Positions 30,891-44,008 of a stretch of 64,000 bases of DNA are shown here, piece by piece (the first letter of the stretch is position 1; the number at the start of each line of letters is the position of its first letter). The stretch is from positions 97,992 through 161,991 of the forward strand of contig NIVC01002144.1 of assembly GCA_002269645.1 (NCBI GenBank). Direction: 5' to 3'. The translations under genes and the position numbers were made by a program. This DNA is from Macrostomum lignano (taxonomy: Eukaryota). A model generated the notes under the pieces. The model made no database searches and had not been told where the DNA came from. It saw only the letters and a program-made list of their open reading frames with translations.

Positions 30891-33800
30891 TGACTGACTG
30901 ACTGGCTGACTGACTGACTGACTGACTGACTGACTGACTGACTGACTGACTTAAGTGAGTGGGTGACTGACTGACTGACTGACTGACTGACTTAAGTGAG
31001 TGGGTGACTGACTGACTTAAGTGAGTGGGTGACTGACTGACTGACTGACTGACTTGAGTAAGTGGGTGACTAACTGACTGACTGACTGACTAACTGACTG
31101 ACTGACTGACTGCCTGACTGCCTGACTGCCTGACTGCCTGACTGACTGCCTGACTGACTGACTGACTGACTGCCTGACTGCCTGACTGACTGCCTGACTG
31201 ACTGCCTGACTGACTGCCTGACTGACTGACTGACTGCCTGACTGACTGCCTGACTGCCTGACTGACTGACTGACTGACTGACTGACTGACTGACTGCCTG
31301 ACTGACTGCCTGACTGACTGACTGACTGCCTGACTGACTGCCTGACTGCCTGACTGACTGACTGACTGACTGACTGACTGACTGACTGACTGACTGACTG
31401 ACTGACTGCCTGACTGACTGACTGACTGACTGACTTAAGTGAGTGGGTGACTGACTGACTGACTGACTGACTTGAGTAAGTGGGTGACTGACTGACTGAC
31501 TGACTGACTGACTGACTGACTGACTGACTGACTGACTGGCTGGCTGGCTGGCTGACTGCCTGACTGACTGACTGACGGACTGACTGACGGACTGACTGAC
31601 GGACTGACTGACTGCCTGACTGCCTGACTGACTGACTGACTGACTGCCTGACTGACTGACTGCCTGACTGACTGACTGACTGACTGACTGACTGCCTGAC
31701 TGCCTGACGGACTAACTGACTGACTGACTGACTGACTGACTGACTGACTAACTGACTGACTGACTGACTGCCTGATTGACTGACTGACTAACTGACTGAC
31801 TGACTGACTGACTGCCTGACTGACTGACTGCCTGACTGACTGATTGACTGCCTGCCTGACTGCCTGTCCTACTGACTGACTGCCTGCCTGACTGCCTGAC
31901 TGGCTGACTGACTGACTGACTGACTGACTGACTGACTTGAGTGAGTGGGTGACTGATCTTTTTCTAACAGGACCTTCAAAGCGTGCTTTGCTCACCTGCA
32001 ACGGAAATTAGCATTCTCTCCAGACTCTTTCTCCATCAGTTTTCTTCCTTATCTATTTGGCTTTGGTTTCCTTCCGTCAATTAATTAACTGAATTACTGA
32101 CCCAATACGAATTTCAGCAAAGACTGTGCAACGCAGCTAAAACTGCTCTGTCAAAAATTCCCGTGCGAATTCTGCAGCTGGGAGATGATGCAGTGAGTTC
32201 TCTCTCTCTCTGGATGGGTGGCTTTTTGATGTATTGTGTTTTTATTTGTACTGGTTTCCAAAGCTTTTTGATGTAAATTTATGCTTAGTTATTCTAGATA
32301 CCTTCCAGATTCCAATACCCTGTTGTCAGCCTCTCAGATCCCAATGCCCTGCTGTCAGCCTCTCTGATCCCAATTCCCTGCTGTCAGCCTCTCAGATCCC
32401 AATGCCCTGCTGTCAGCCTCTCTGATCCCAATGCCCTGTTGTCAGCCTCTCTGATCCCAATGCCCTGCTGTCAGCCTCTCTGATCCCAATTCCCTGCTGT
32501 CAGCCTCTCAGATCCCAATGCCCTGCTGTCAGCCTCTCTGATCCCAATGCCCTGTTGTCAGCCTCTCTGATCCCAATGCCCTGTTGTCAGCCTCTCTGAT
32601 CCCAATGCCCTGCTGTCAGCCTCTCTGATCCCAATGCCCTGTTGTCAGCCTCTCTGATCCCAATACCCTGCTGTCAGCCTCTCAGATCCCAATACCCTGC
32701 TGTCAGCCTCTCAGATCCCAATGCCCTGCTGTCAGCCTCTCAGATCCCAATGCCCTGCTGTCAGCCTCTCAGATCCCAATGCCCTGCTGTCAGCCTCTCA
32801 GATCCCAATGCCCTGCTGTCAGCCTCTCAGATCCCAATGCCCTGCTGTCAGCCTCTCAGATCCCAATGCCCTGCTGTCAGCCTCTCAGATCCCAATGCCC
32901 TGCTGTCAGCCTCTCAGATCCCAATGCCCTGCTGTCAGCCTCTCAGATCCCAATGCCCTGCTGTCAGCCTCTCAGATCCCAATGTCCTGAGAGACTTCAG
33001 GGCCGCCTGTACACCTTGCGCCCAAAATCCCCCCAACCTGAGAATCCCACCATTATTCGGACGCCTTAATTGGAAAAGGCATCGCCACCCCCGCAATTCT
33101 TCATCGCAGGAGTTGCAGTGGATTGGCGACCACTGCGCTGTGTGCATCGAGCCCTACGGCTGCGGCGACCCGGTCAGAATTTTGCCGTGCAAGTGAGTGC
33201 TCAGAATATTCTAGACAGTGTGCGCTAATCCTCTGGACAAGTAGAGAGTGACCAGTATTAAATAGTGAGTGCCCAGAATCCACTATTCAAATAGGAGTGC
33301 TTAGAATTCCCTAGACAATTAGGAGTGCCCAGGATACACTATATAAAAAAGGAGTGCTCATAATTTTCCAGAAAAATAGGAGTGCCCAGAATTCCCCTAA
33401 AGAAATAGGAGTGCCCAGAATTCCCCTATACAAATAGAAGTGCCCAGAATTCTCCTATACTCGTAGAAATAGGAGTGCCCAGAATTCCCCTATACAAATA
33501 GAAGTGCCCAGAATTCTCCTATACTCGTAGAAATAGGAGTGCCCAGAATTCCCCTATACAAATAGAAGTGCCCAGAATTCTCCTATAGAAATAGGAGTGC
33601 CCAGAATTCCCCTATACAAATAGAAGTGCCCAGAATTCTCCTATACTCGTAGAAATAGGAGTGCCCAGAATTCCCCTATACAAATAGAAGTGCCCAGAAT
33701 TCTCCTATAGAAATAGGAGTGCCCAGAATTCCTCTATACAAATAGAAGTGCCCAGAATTCTCCTATAGAAATAGGAGTGCCCAGAATTCCCCTATAGAAA

Positions 33801-35365
33801 TAAGAGTACCCAGAATCCCACTCCCTGTAGGAAATGAACGGAGTGCCCAGAATTGCACAAATGCATAAAACGAGTGCCAAAACGGAGTGGCTGCAGAGCT
33901 TACCCCCCAAAACTAACCGCCAGGCACAAGTACCACACGCACTGCATCGACCAGTGGCTGCTGGACCAGCGCTCCTGCCCTCTGTGCAAAACTGACATCC
34001 TGAAAGCCTGCGGTCTATGGGTCAGCGGCGGCTCCCGGATCTCCCTGGATGACGTCACCATCACGCCGGCCGCCTCCCAGCAGCCTCCGTCCATTGGCAT
34101 CGCCTCCACCGGCGCCTCCGCCGGCGCCACCGCTGCCGCCGCTAATCGCAACAATAATAATAATAATAGTAATAATAATTACCACCGTCATTCGGGAGGC
34201 TGCGTGCTACATCATCATCCGCCTGATAGCGAGAATGTAAGTGACACTTTTTTGAAAGAACGATTTTTGTAAAAATTCACCTTTTATAAATATAGTGTTA
34301 TGCGTTAGACAGATGAAACCTAGCTGGTGGTGTTAGATATGGGTGTCACCTGTTAGATATGGGTGTCACCTGTTAGATATGGGTGTCACCTATTAGATAT
34401 GGGTGTCACCTGTTAGATATGGGTGTCACCTATTAGATATGGGTGTCACCTGTTAGATATGGGTGTCACCTGTTAGAGATGGGTGTCACCTGTTAGATAT
34501 GGGTGTCACCTGTTAGATATGGGTGTCACCTGTTAGATATGGGTGTCACCTGTTAGATATGGGTGACACCTGTTAGATATGGGTGTCACCTGTTAGATAT
34601 GAGTGTCACCTGTTAGATATGGGTGTTCACCTGTTAGATATGGGTGTCACCTGTTAGATATGGGTGTCACCTGTTAGATATGGGTGTCACCTGTTAGATA
34701 TGGGTGTCACCTGTTAGATATGGGTGTCACCTGTTAGATATGGGTGTCACCTGTTAGATATGGGTGTCACCTGTTAGATATGGGTGTCACCTGTTAGATA
34801 TGGGTGTCACCTGTTAGATATGGGTGTCACCTGTTAGATATGGGTGTCACCTGTTAGATATGGTTGTCACCTGTTAGATATGAGTGTCATCTGTTAGATA
34901 TGGGTGTCACCTGTTAGATATGGGTGTCACCTGTTAGATATGGGTGTCACCTGTTAGATATGGGTGTCACCTGTTAGATATGGGTTTCACCTGTTAGATA
35001 TGGGTGACACCTGTTAGATATGGGTTTCACCTGTTAGATATGGGTGTCACCTGTTAGATATGGGTGTCACCTGTTAGATATGGGTGTCACCTGTTAGATA
35101 TGGGTGTCACCTGTTATATATGGGTGTCACCTGTTAGATATGGGTGTCACCTGTTAGATATGGGTGTCACCTGTTAGATATGGGTGTCACCTGTTAGATA
35201 TGGGTGTCACCTGTTAGATATGGGTGCCGCCTGTTAACAGAAGTGACCTGACAACGGCTGAAATCGCAACACAAAAATCAACAATCATTATGCCAGCAGC
35301 TGGCAGTGGAGAGCGACCCACCGGAGAACCCGACCGGTGCCGACCCCCTGCTGAGTGGAGTCTGA
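27988..35365 (+). CDS. Goliath/RNF130-RNF150 family PA-TM-RING-H2 E3 ubiquitin ligase, 5 exons, about 463 aa
   Basis: Exons 27988-28842, 32118-32192, 33110-33192, 33924-34236 and (tentative) 35300-35365; phases match. Signal peptide; TM motif [28 protein letters not shown]; linker [17 protein letters not shown]; RING-H2 CAVCIEPY...[28 protein letters not shown]. Confidence 0.9.
28920..29905. repeat. 16-bp minisatellite (GAGAATCTTCATCATT)
   Basis: About 60 copies in intron 1 of the RING gene. Confidence 0.97.
30725..31955. repeat. (GACT)n/(GCCT) microsatellite
   Basis: About 1.2 kb in intron 1 of the RING gene; source of the SQSV ORF. Confidence 0.97.
32305..32990. repeat. 29-bp minisatellite (CCCAATGCCCTGCTGTCAGCCTCTCAGAT)
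   Basis: About 23 copies in intron 2 of the RING gene. Confidence 0.96.
33285..33855. repeat. Minisatellite with core AATAGGAGTGCCCAGAATTCCCCTAT
   Basis: About 17 copies of 29-36 bp in intron 3 of the RING gene. Confidence 0.92.
34332..35240 (+). repeat. 20-bp satellite (GGGTGTCACCTGTTAGATAT), second array
   Basis: About 45 copies, same unit as 8257-11222. Confidence 0.97.
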
Positions 35366-35807
35366 CCCGATCTTCTCAATTCCTTCATCAGGATTACAAG
35401 TTGAACTAAAAGCGCCGTTGGAATTTGAAACGTTTAGGCAAAAGTCTAAAAAAGTTTTAACCAGTCCAATGCGCGAACTGGAAAAACGGTGGCTATTAAG
35501 CTTTTTTGAGACAAATTTCTGAAAGTCTGGCTATCATTGTTGTTCCAATATCGATTTTTGATTCGCGTTCATTTTCGAAAAAAAGTAATTATTGTTTCTT
35601 GGCAACGGAAAAGGAGAGTCGTTGGTCAAACTTGTTTGTTTTTGTCGGTTTTTTTCTCAATAAAAAATTCTTTTCTAACAAATCATCGTTGAGTTATTAG
35701 CTACTTCTGTGTAAGTAGTAACAGCAGAAAAAAATGCGTATTTTTGTTCAAACATGTTTTTGTCATATCAATCAATTTGCGTGTATTAATTAATTAATCA
35801 ACTTCAT

Positions 35808-35853
<46 letters not shown>

Positions 35854-36206
35854 CAGCTTCCCTGCTACATTTCTCTAGTCATTTGTTTCTGCGTTTTCTT
35901 CATCAATCAACACCTTCAACTAATTTGCTTGAAACTGTTTTCTGTTTGTCTATTTTATCAATAAATCAAGTACAATTATATCAGCATGCGTTTCTATCAT
36001 AGCTGGCTTGTGCTTCTGCAACTTTTATAGTCAATCTGAGGGTCTAATTAGTTTGTATAACGCCTAGCGCACTACCTACCGTATTCATAGAGTTGAATAA
36101 TTATGTTTTGGGCAGTGCACATTCCGCAATATTGACTGGTCTGTCGAAACATTTTCAGCGCTAATTATTTGTAAATTTTGTGATTGTTGACATTTTTATT
36201 GCTTTC

Positions 36207-36512
36207 AGAATGGCCACTAAACTGCCCTCAGAATGGCCACTAAACTGCCCTCAGAATGGCCACTAAACTGCCCTCAGAATGGCCACTAAACTGCCCTCAG
36301 AATGGCCACTAAACTGCCCTCAGAATGGCCACTAAACTGCCCTCAGAATGGCCACTAAACTGCCCTCAGAATGGCGACTAAACTGCCCTCAGAATGGCGA
36401 CTAAACTGCCCTCAGAATGGCCACTAAACTGCCCTCAGAATGGCGACTAAACTGCCCTCAGAATGGCCACTAAACTGCCCTCAGAACGGCCACTAAACTG
36501 CCCTCAGAATTG
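36207..36512. repeat. 23-bp minisatellite (CAGAATGGCCACTAAACTGCCCT)
   Basis: About 13 near-perfect copies. Confidence 0.96.
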
Positions 36513-36989
36513 CCAGTATAAACTAGATAAATGCCACTCATTTTTAATTTCACCATTTAAAAAAACAAAAATGTATGGTAGTAACCCTAGTCTGCTCGAA
36601 CTAACGTCAAATAGATTTTTAGTAATCGTTTTGCGTTTATTTTGATGCATTGACATTATTATTGTGTTACTTTCAGTAGCAAGCACAGGTTTGTAGAATC
36701 AATTTTTATTGACTAATACAGACCAATAAACAGCATGCGTCACAGGTTAAACAGTTGCACGGTTCAAGTGAATAGTGCAGCACACTTATACTCATTGTTG
36801 TATCAATCGCTTCTCATCATATTGCTCCTTTTAGAAATTAGTATAAGCAGAAAATATACAAATTGAAATGTCATTGTTTTCTTTTCTTTTATTGTTAAAC
36901 TAGCGTTGATAATTTTGTGTTGACTTCGTTTCTTAATAATTTTCTCAGTTGAGAGGCGTTGTTGCAGATCGGGATGGATTATTGCATAT

Positions 36990-37310
36990 TGGGAAGGGTT
37001 GTTGCAGATTGGGAAGGGTTGTTGCAGATTGGGAAGGGTTGCTGCGGATTGGGAAGGGTTGTTGCAGATTGGGAAGGGTTGCTGCGGATTGGGAAGGGTT
37101 GTTGCAGATTGGGAAGGGTTGCTGCGGATTGGGAAGGGTTGTTGCAGATTGGGAAGGGTTGTTGCAGATTGGGAAGGGTTGCTGCGGATTGGAAAGGGTT
37201 GTTGCAGATTGGGAAGGGTTGCTGCGGATTGGGAAGGGTTGCTGCGGATTGGGAAGGGTTGTTGCGGATTGGGAAGCGTTGCTGCAGATTGGGAAGGGTT
37301 GTTGCAGAAA
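36990..37310. repeat. 20-bp G-rich minisatellite (GGGAAGGGTTGTTGCAGATT)
   Basis: About 16 copies; source of the overlapping ORFs 36803-37381. Confidence 0.96.
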
Positions 37311-37889
37311 TTTATAATCAAATAAAAGTTTGAAAGGCAATGAATAAAATACTTACAAACTGTAGTTTTTTTAATTAACACAAAAATATTTTATAGCATT
37401 GAATGAACCAAGTACATTGAAAAGCACTTTTACAGATTCAGAATAATTATTAAGGAGCAGGAAGTTTCAGATGATATTGTTAACCTGCTAATTGCAGATT
37501 TATCTCAAAAATATCTGTAAATAGTGCACTTGAAAAAATGCTACATTAAAAAGTTGATTTGGCAACTGCTGTACTTTTAGGCAATTAATTTGTGTACAGA
37601 TTTGATGGCGCAATTCCCTGAAAAACAAACGAAATATTTTTTATCGATTTTTATTCTGCAGATTTACTGATAAAACAATTAATGATTGTAGACGAGCCAT
37701 AATGCCTAACAGATTTAATTTTTATGTTAGCAAAGTTTAAATAACAGTATGAGTGTCGTTGGAAGATAAAAAAATATGAATTTTGATTGTTTACAGACAA
37801 ACTGGTTTCATGCAATTGGTAACACTTGTGAGTTGTGTATGCACTATATACATGTACATATAACATACTGTATGACAGCATATCTTACA

Positions 37890-38670
37890 GGCGGCACCCA
37901 TATCTAACAGGTAACAGCCATATCTAACAGGTAACAGCCATTTCTAACAGGTAACACCCCATATCTAACAGGTAACAGCCATATCTAACAGGTGACTCAC
38001 CATATATAACAGGTGACACCCCATATCTAACAGGTGACTCACCATATATAACAGGTGACACCCCATATCTAACAGGTAACATCCATATCTAACAGGTAAC
38101 ACCCCATATCTAACAGGTATCAGCCATATCTAACAGGTGACACCCCATATCTAACAGGTGACACCCCATATCTAACAGGTAACATCCATATCTAACAGGT
38201 AACACCCCATATCTAACAGGTAACAGCCATATCTAACAGGTGACTCACCATATATAACAGATGACACCCCATATCTAACAGGTAACATCCATATCTAACA
38301 GGTAACACCCCATATCTAACAGGTATCAGCCATATCTAACAGGTGACACCCCATATCTAACAGGTGACAGCCATATCTAACAGGTAACATCCATATCAAA
38401 CAGGTAACACTCATATCTAACAGGTGACACTCATATCTAACAGGTGACACCCATATCTAACAGGCGACACCCCATATCTAACAGTTAATTACAGCCATAT
38501 CTAACAGGTGACACCCACTATCTATCAGGTAACATCCAAATCTAACAGGTAACACTCATATCTAACAGGTGACACCCATATCTAAATGGTAACACTCATA
38601 TCTAACAGGTAACACCCCATATCTAACAGGTAACACCCCATATCTAACAGGGATCAGCCATATCTAGCAG
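37890..38670 (-). repeat. 20-bp satellite, third array, inverted and more diverged (ATATCTAACAGGTGACACCC)
   Basis: Reverse complement of the 8257-11222 unit; abuts the IAP 3' end. Confidence 0.93.
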
Positions 38671-38710
38671 GTTATGAACATGTGACACCTCAGAGCACCA
38701 CACCGGAGTC

Positions 38711-41700
38711 TCAGGCCGGGTTGAGCAGGCAGATGGCGAGAATCTCAGCTCCGCAGACGGGACAGTCAGCAGCCTGGGCCTCGCAGGCCGGGCAGAGGCT
38801 GCGGTGGCTGCAGGGCAGCAGGCAGCAGGCCGCCTCCCCGCAGCCGCACAGCCGGCAGCGCAGTCGAGCGGTCCGCGATGGCACCGAAGCCGCGGCCAGC
38901 TGGCGCTTCTTCTGGGCGGCGGCCAGCCAGTCCTCGGCCAGGGCGGCCACCCGGCCGATCCCGCAGTCGTCGGCCCGTTTGCGAAGCTCCATCGCAGTCT
39001 CCAGCTGCAGTTCGCCGCTGGCAAAATCGTCTCCGCAGAAGGCGAGCTGCAGCCTGATGGCCGCCTCGGCGTCCTGCGGATGATCGGCGACGTCGGCAAG
39101 TCGGGCGGCCAGCTGGGCGGCCGGCAGGTCGGCGCGAGCCCGCGGGCTGCGCCTGTCGACGCGGAAGAGCAGCGCCGCTGTCGCCAGCGTCGAGCCGCAG
39201 AGGAGCCGCCGACGTTGCGGCGTTGCGTCAATGAGCTGACCGCCGCCGCCGCCGCCGCCGCAAATGTCGACGGGGCTGTCATTGTCGGCGCCGACGATTC
39301 TCAAGGTCGAAAAGTTGGCCTCGGCGACGGCGCTGACGAACGCCGAGCCGCGTTCGCGCAGCAGGTGCGGGCATGTCGGCGACAGGCGGGCGTGCAGCAG
39401 CCAGGGGCAGGGCGGCTGTCCGGCGACGTTGGAGGCCACCGACCAGGCCAGGACGGCGCTCGGTGGAAAAGCGACGCCGCAAGCGTAGCAACGGCAGGCA
39501 GCTGTCGACAACGGCTTGTCGTTGGCGGCGTCGACAACGTGGAAGCCGGACTTGGCGGCCAGCCAATCAGAAGCCAGGCCGCGGCACCAGGCGCTGGACT
39601 GCAGGCTGGCCTGCCGACTGACTGTGCGAGCAGCGACCAGCGGCGGCAGGCAGCTGGCGGCGGCGGATTCGCTGGGCATCGAAAACTGCGGAGAATTGCG
39701 GCAGATTTGTTTAGTGTCAGTGGCAGATTTGTTTAGTGTCGGTGGCAGATTAGTTTAGTGTCGGTGGCAGGTTGGTTTGCCACCGATGGCATATTTGTTT
39801 AGTGTCGGTGGCAGATTTGTAAAGTGGCAGGTGGCAGATTTGTTCAGTGTCGGTGGCATATTTGTAAAGTGGCAGGTGGCAGATTTGTAAAGTGGCAGGT
39901 GGCAGATTTGGTTAGTGTCGGTGGCAGATTTGTTTAGTGTCGGTGGCAGATTTGTTTAGTGTCGGTGGCAGATTTGTTTAGTGTCGGTGGCAGATTTGTT
40001 CAGTGTCGGTGGCATATTTGTAAAGTGGCAGGTGGCAGATTTGGTTAGTGTCGGTGGCAGATTTGTTTAGTGTCGGTGGCAGATTTGTTTAGTGTCGGTG
40101 GCAGATTTGTTTAGTGTCGGTGGCAGATTTGTTCAGTGTCGGTGGCATATTTGTAAAGTGGCAGGTGGCAGATTTGTTCAGTGTCGGTGGCAGATTTGTA
40201 AAGTGGCAGGTGGCAGATTTGTTCAGTGTCGGTGGCATATTTGTAAAGTGGCAGGTGGCAGATTTGTTCAGTGTCGATGGCATATTTGTAAAGTGGCAGG
40301 TGGCAGATTGGTGAACTGTCGGTGGCAGATTGGTGAAGTGTCGGTGGCAGATTGGTGAAGTGTCGGTGGCAGATTGGTGAAGTGTCGGTGGCAGATTGGT
40401 GAAGTGTCGGTGGCAGATTTAAAAAAATACGCTCTCGGGGCCACCGGCCGCTCCCTCACGCTGCACTCCGTGGCCAGACCGCAGAACCGAGCGCTGTCGT
40501 ATGCCAGACGCTCCGCAGGTCCGCTGGTCCTCTTGTCCATCGCCAAGTTGACTTCGTTGACGATGCCCGACAGCTCGGTGCACTGAATTGGCGACTTTTT
40601 AGCAGCAGCGGTTGTTGGTATTGGTTCAGTGGTCGGCGTCAGGGCTTCGACAATTGGTTGATTGCCGACATTGAAGCCCAGCAGCAGGGGGCACTCTGGA
40701 CGGTCTCGCGAGTGGCATTGAGTCGGCGATTCGCCTGCGCTGCTGAAGAAGTTGACGCTGCCGCAGCAGAAAGCGCATCTGGAGTGGACAAGATTGGGGC
40801 GATTTTTCTGGAATAGATTGGGGCGATTTTTCTTTACTAAATTTGGCGATTTTTCTAGACTAAATTGGGCGATTTTCTAGACTGAATTGGGCGATTTTTC
40901 TAGACTAAATTGGGCGATTTTTTTAGACTAAATTGGGCGATTTTTCTAGACTGAATTGGGCGATTTTTTTAGACTGAATTGGGCGATTTTTCTAGACTGA
41001 ATTGGGCGATTTTTTTAGACTGAATTGGGCGATTTTTCTAGACTGAATTGGGCGATTTTTTTAGACTGAATTGGGCGATTTTTTTAGACTAAATTGGAGG
41101 ATTTTTCTAGACTAAATTGGGCGATTTTTCTAAACTAAATTGGGCGATTTTTCTAGACTAAATTGGGCGATTTTTCTACACTAAATTGGAGGATTTTTCT
41201 AGACTAAATTGGGCGATTTTTCTACACTAAATTGGAGGATTTTTCTAGACTAAATTGGGCGATTTTTTTAGACTAAATTGGGCGATTTTTCTAGACTGAA
41301 TTGGGCGATTTTTTTAGACTAAATTGGGCGATTTTTCTAGACTAAATTGGGCGATTTTTCTAGACTAAATTGGGCGATTTTTCTACACTAAATTGGAGGA
41401 TTTTTCTAGACTAAATTGGGCGATTTTTCTACACTAAATTGGAGGATTTTTCTAGCCTGAATTTGGCGATTTTTCTACACTAAATTGGAGGATTTTTCTA
41501 GACTGAATTGGGCGATTTTTCTAGACTGAATTGGGCGATTTTTTTAGACTGAATTGGGCGATTTTTCTAGACTAAATTGGAGGATTTTTCTAGACTAAAT
41601 TGGGCGATTTTTTTAGACTAAATTGGGCGATTTTTCTAGACTAAATTGGGCGATTTTTCTAGACTAAATTGGGCGATTTTTCTACACTAAATTGGAGGAT

Positions 41701-42752
41701 TTTTCTAGACTAAATTGGGCGATTTTTCTACACTAAATTGGAGGATTTTTCTAGACTAAATTGGGCGATTTTTTTAGACTAAATTGGGCGATTTTTCTAG
41801 ACTGAATTGGGCGATTTTTTTAGACTAAATTGGAGGATTTTTCTAGACTAAATTGGGCGATTTTTCTAAACTAAATTGGGCGATTTTTCTAGACTAAATT
41901 GGGCGATTTTTCTACACTAAATTGGAGGATTTTTCTAGACTAAATTGAGCGATTTTTCTACACTAAATTGGAGGATTTTTCTAGACTAAATTGGAGGATT
42001 TTTCTAGACTAAATTGGGCGATTTTTCTAGACTAAATTGGGCGATTTTTCTAGACTGAATTAAGCGATTTTTCTAGACTAAATTGGGCGATTTTTCTAGA
42101 CTGAATTAAGCGATTTTTCTACACTAAATTGGAGGATTTTTCTAGACTAAATTGGAGGATTTTTCTAGACTGAATTGGAGGATTTTTCTAGGCTGAATTT
42201 GGTCCCAAATATATTCACGAGGTTAATTATTCAGTAGAGATTCGTGGGAACTCTACACCCTGTTTGAGCATGTGCCTGCTGGGGGTCAACAGAATGGACA
42301 TAATCTGTTCAGTTAGAATTCTGCAATAAGCGAAGCCGCGCCCACCTCAGCGGGTGCCGCACCCGGCCAGTGAAGTACAGACCCTCGGCCGCGGCGGCTT
42401 TCACGTCTTCCGGCTGACGAGGCACCGGCGTGGCACCGGCGCCGCTACTTGCAGCTGCAGACACCGAGAGAAAAGTCAGCAGCCGATTTTGCTCCAGTCG
42501 CATGTCGCGACACGCTGTAGGCAGGCCGGCTGGCAGTCGGTACGACTGGGACACCACAGCGGCCACCTCCGCCGCTGAAAAGTCTACTCGGCGACGCTCA
42601 CGAACTCCAGTGACAGCGTTGTCGGCATAGTAGGCCATGTAACGGCACAGTCGAATGCCGCCTTTGCTGTCCGGGATGTTGTTGTTTACTGAGGAGTTGG
42701 TAGCCTCGGAAACAGTTAAATCAGGAGTTGGAGCTGCGGCAGTGTTGGCCAT
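38711..42752 (-). CDS. Inhibitor of apoptosis protein (2 BIR domains plus C-terminal RING), 3 exons, at least about 566 aa
   Basis: Exons (minus) 42752-42346, 40778-40460 and 39685-38711, phases match. BIR1: DMRLEQNRLLTF...AAEGLYFTG...RCAFC...H-x6-CPLLLGFNVGNQP. BIR2: AKSGFH...CRCYAC...PWLLHARLSPTCPHL. RING: CRLC...LLPCSHRSLCPAC...CPVC. Confidence 0.88.
39703..40400. repeat. 22-bp minisatellite (GGTGGCAGATTTGTTTAGTGTC and variants)
   Basis: Fills IAP intron 2. Confidence 0.95.
40792..42200. repeat. 22-23-bp minisatellite (AATTGGGCGATTTTTCTAGACTA)
   Basis: About 60 copies in IAP intron 1. Confidence 0.97.
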
Positions 42753-43555
42753 AGACAGTAGATGGTCGATGATTGCCCTGTGTCTTTGATTTGGCCGGCA
42801 GCCTTCCAGTTGAAATAGGCTGCATTGAGAGCCGATTTCCTGTCGGAATTAGAAAATTTGTGTTTTAGCCAATAGTTGCAAAGATAGACTATAACAAAAC
42901 CCTTATTTTACATAAAAAATTTTGGCCCTTTATTCATTGACAACAATTATGTAGGAACGAATTATAAATAATAATAGTTACACACCTGAGCGATGGCTGC
43001 ACATTTAAACCTGTAATATGCATTAGTTTCATTAGATAAAGCAGCTCTTTCAAGCTCATTCAAATAGTTTTGAAGGTGCTTTGCAGAACTTTGATTCTGC
43101 CATGTGGTTCCTACTAATAGTTCAGGAGAATTCATGGGCAAGAAATGAATTACCAACGTCTAGTAATATAATTATCAAAAAGGTTATAGCGGTACTACAA
43201 GTAATGATTTTCAAAACATTTGCTTTTATTGACTGAAATGTGTAATCACCTAATATTATATGCTTTTATAACGTTTTATCTTTTTATTTTTTTATTTTTT
43301 CAAATGTAATAGGAATCTAGTGGAGACGTGTTAGTTCCTTGTTTTACATGTATTTCTTAGTATAGTTTGCTTTAATTTTGTGCGATCCAACGCAGTATAA
43401 TAAATTCTACTGCTTTAAATAGCATATTAGTCTTAAAAAACAACTGTTAAAGTTTTAAAATGTTTTAGAACTTCTATATTCTTTTCACTTAAATTTTTTC
43501 TTCTCGGAGTTCAAAAGTAAATACGTATTTGAATTTGCACTAATTTTCCTTTTAG

Positions 43556-43619
43556 TTCGTGCATGGCCTGGCTGGCCTGGTTCGTCCGGTCTACGTCGCC
43601 CGTCGCCGTCGTCGTCGTA
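43556..43619. promoter_or_regulatory. CpG-rich islet, possible promoter between divergent IAP and RBBP4 genes
   Basis: TTCGTCCGGTCTACGTCGCCCGTCGCCGTCGTCGTCG in AT-rich DNA, at the left edge of a CpG-poor domain. Inference only. Confidence 0.25.
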
Positions 43620-44008
43620 TTTGATTTGACTGTTAATAATTTGGTATATTAACTATAATATGTCATGTATGCAGATTGCAGATTCTGCACGTCTGTCGTT
43701 TTTCATCGAAAAATTACCATTAAAATTGCACTAAAATAAAGCAATCTTTTATACAAGTCAATTACTAAGCTGGCCGCTAGGCCTAGGACTTTGAGTAGGC
43801 CTATGCCAATGCCGCCTATTGTATTAGGCCTAGGGCCTACTATAAATTTTAATAAATCAAATGTGCTGTAACCTGTAACCTTTTTATTCCAGAACCATTA
43901 GGGCCTATGTCAATTTCTTGAAACAATTAAAGTAAAGAGAAATTATTAAACATTTTACTCATGCAGTCTTATACTCTTATTATCAGTTGGTACATGATAG
44001 ATTAAGGT

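Noticed and set aside
34332-35240. E-box (CACCTG) and GATA-like motifs in each 20-bp satellite unit
   Set aside because: Short motifs are expected by chance, and nothing else supports a regulatory role.
35224-35409. ORF 35224-35409 as the last exon of the RING gene
   Set aside because: Its acceptor would be phase 2 while the upstream donor (34236) is phase 0; the alternative frame 35300-35365 fits better.
38644-39758. Multiple overlapping ORFs on both strands over the IAP last exon
   Set aside because: Shadow ORFs of very GC-rich coding DNA; only 38711-39685 (-) has BIR and RING motifs.
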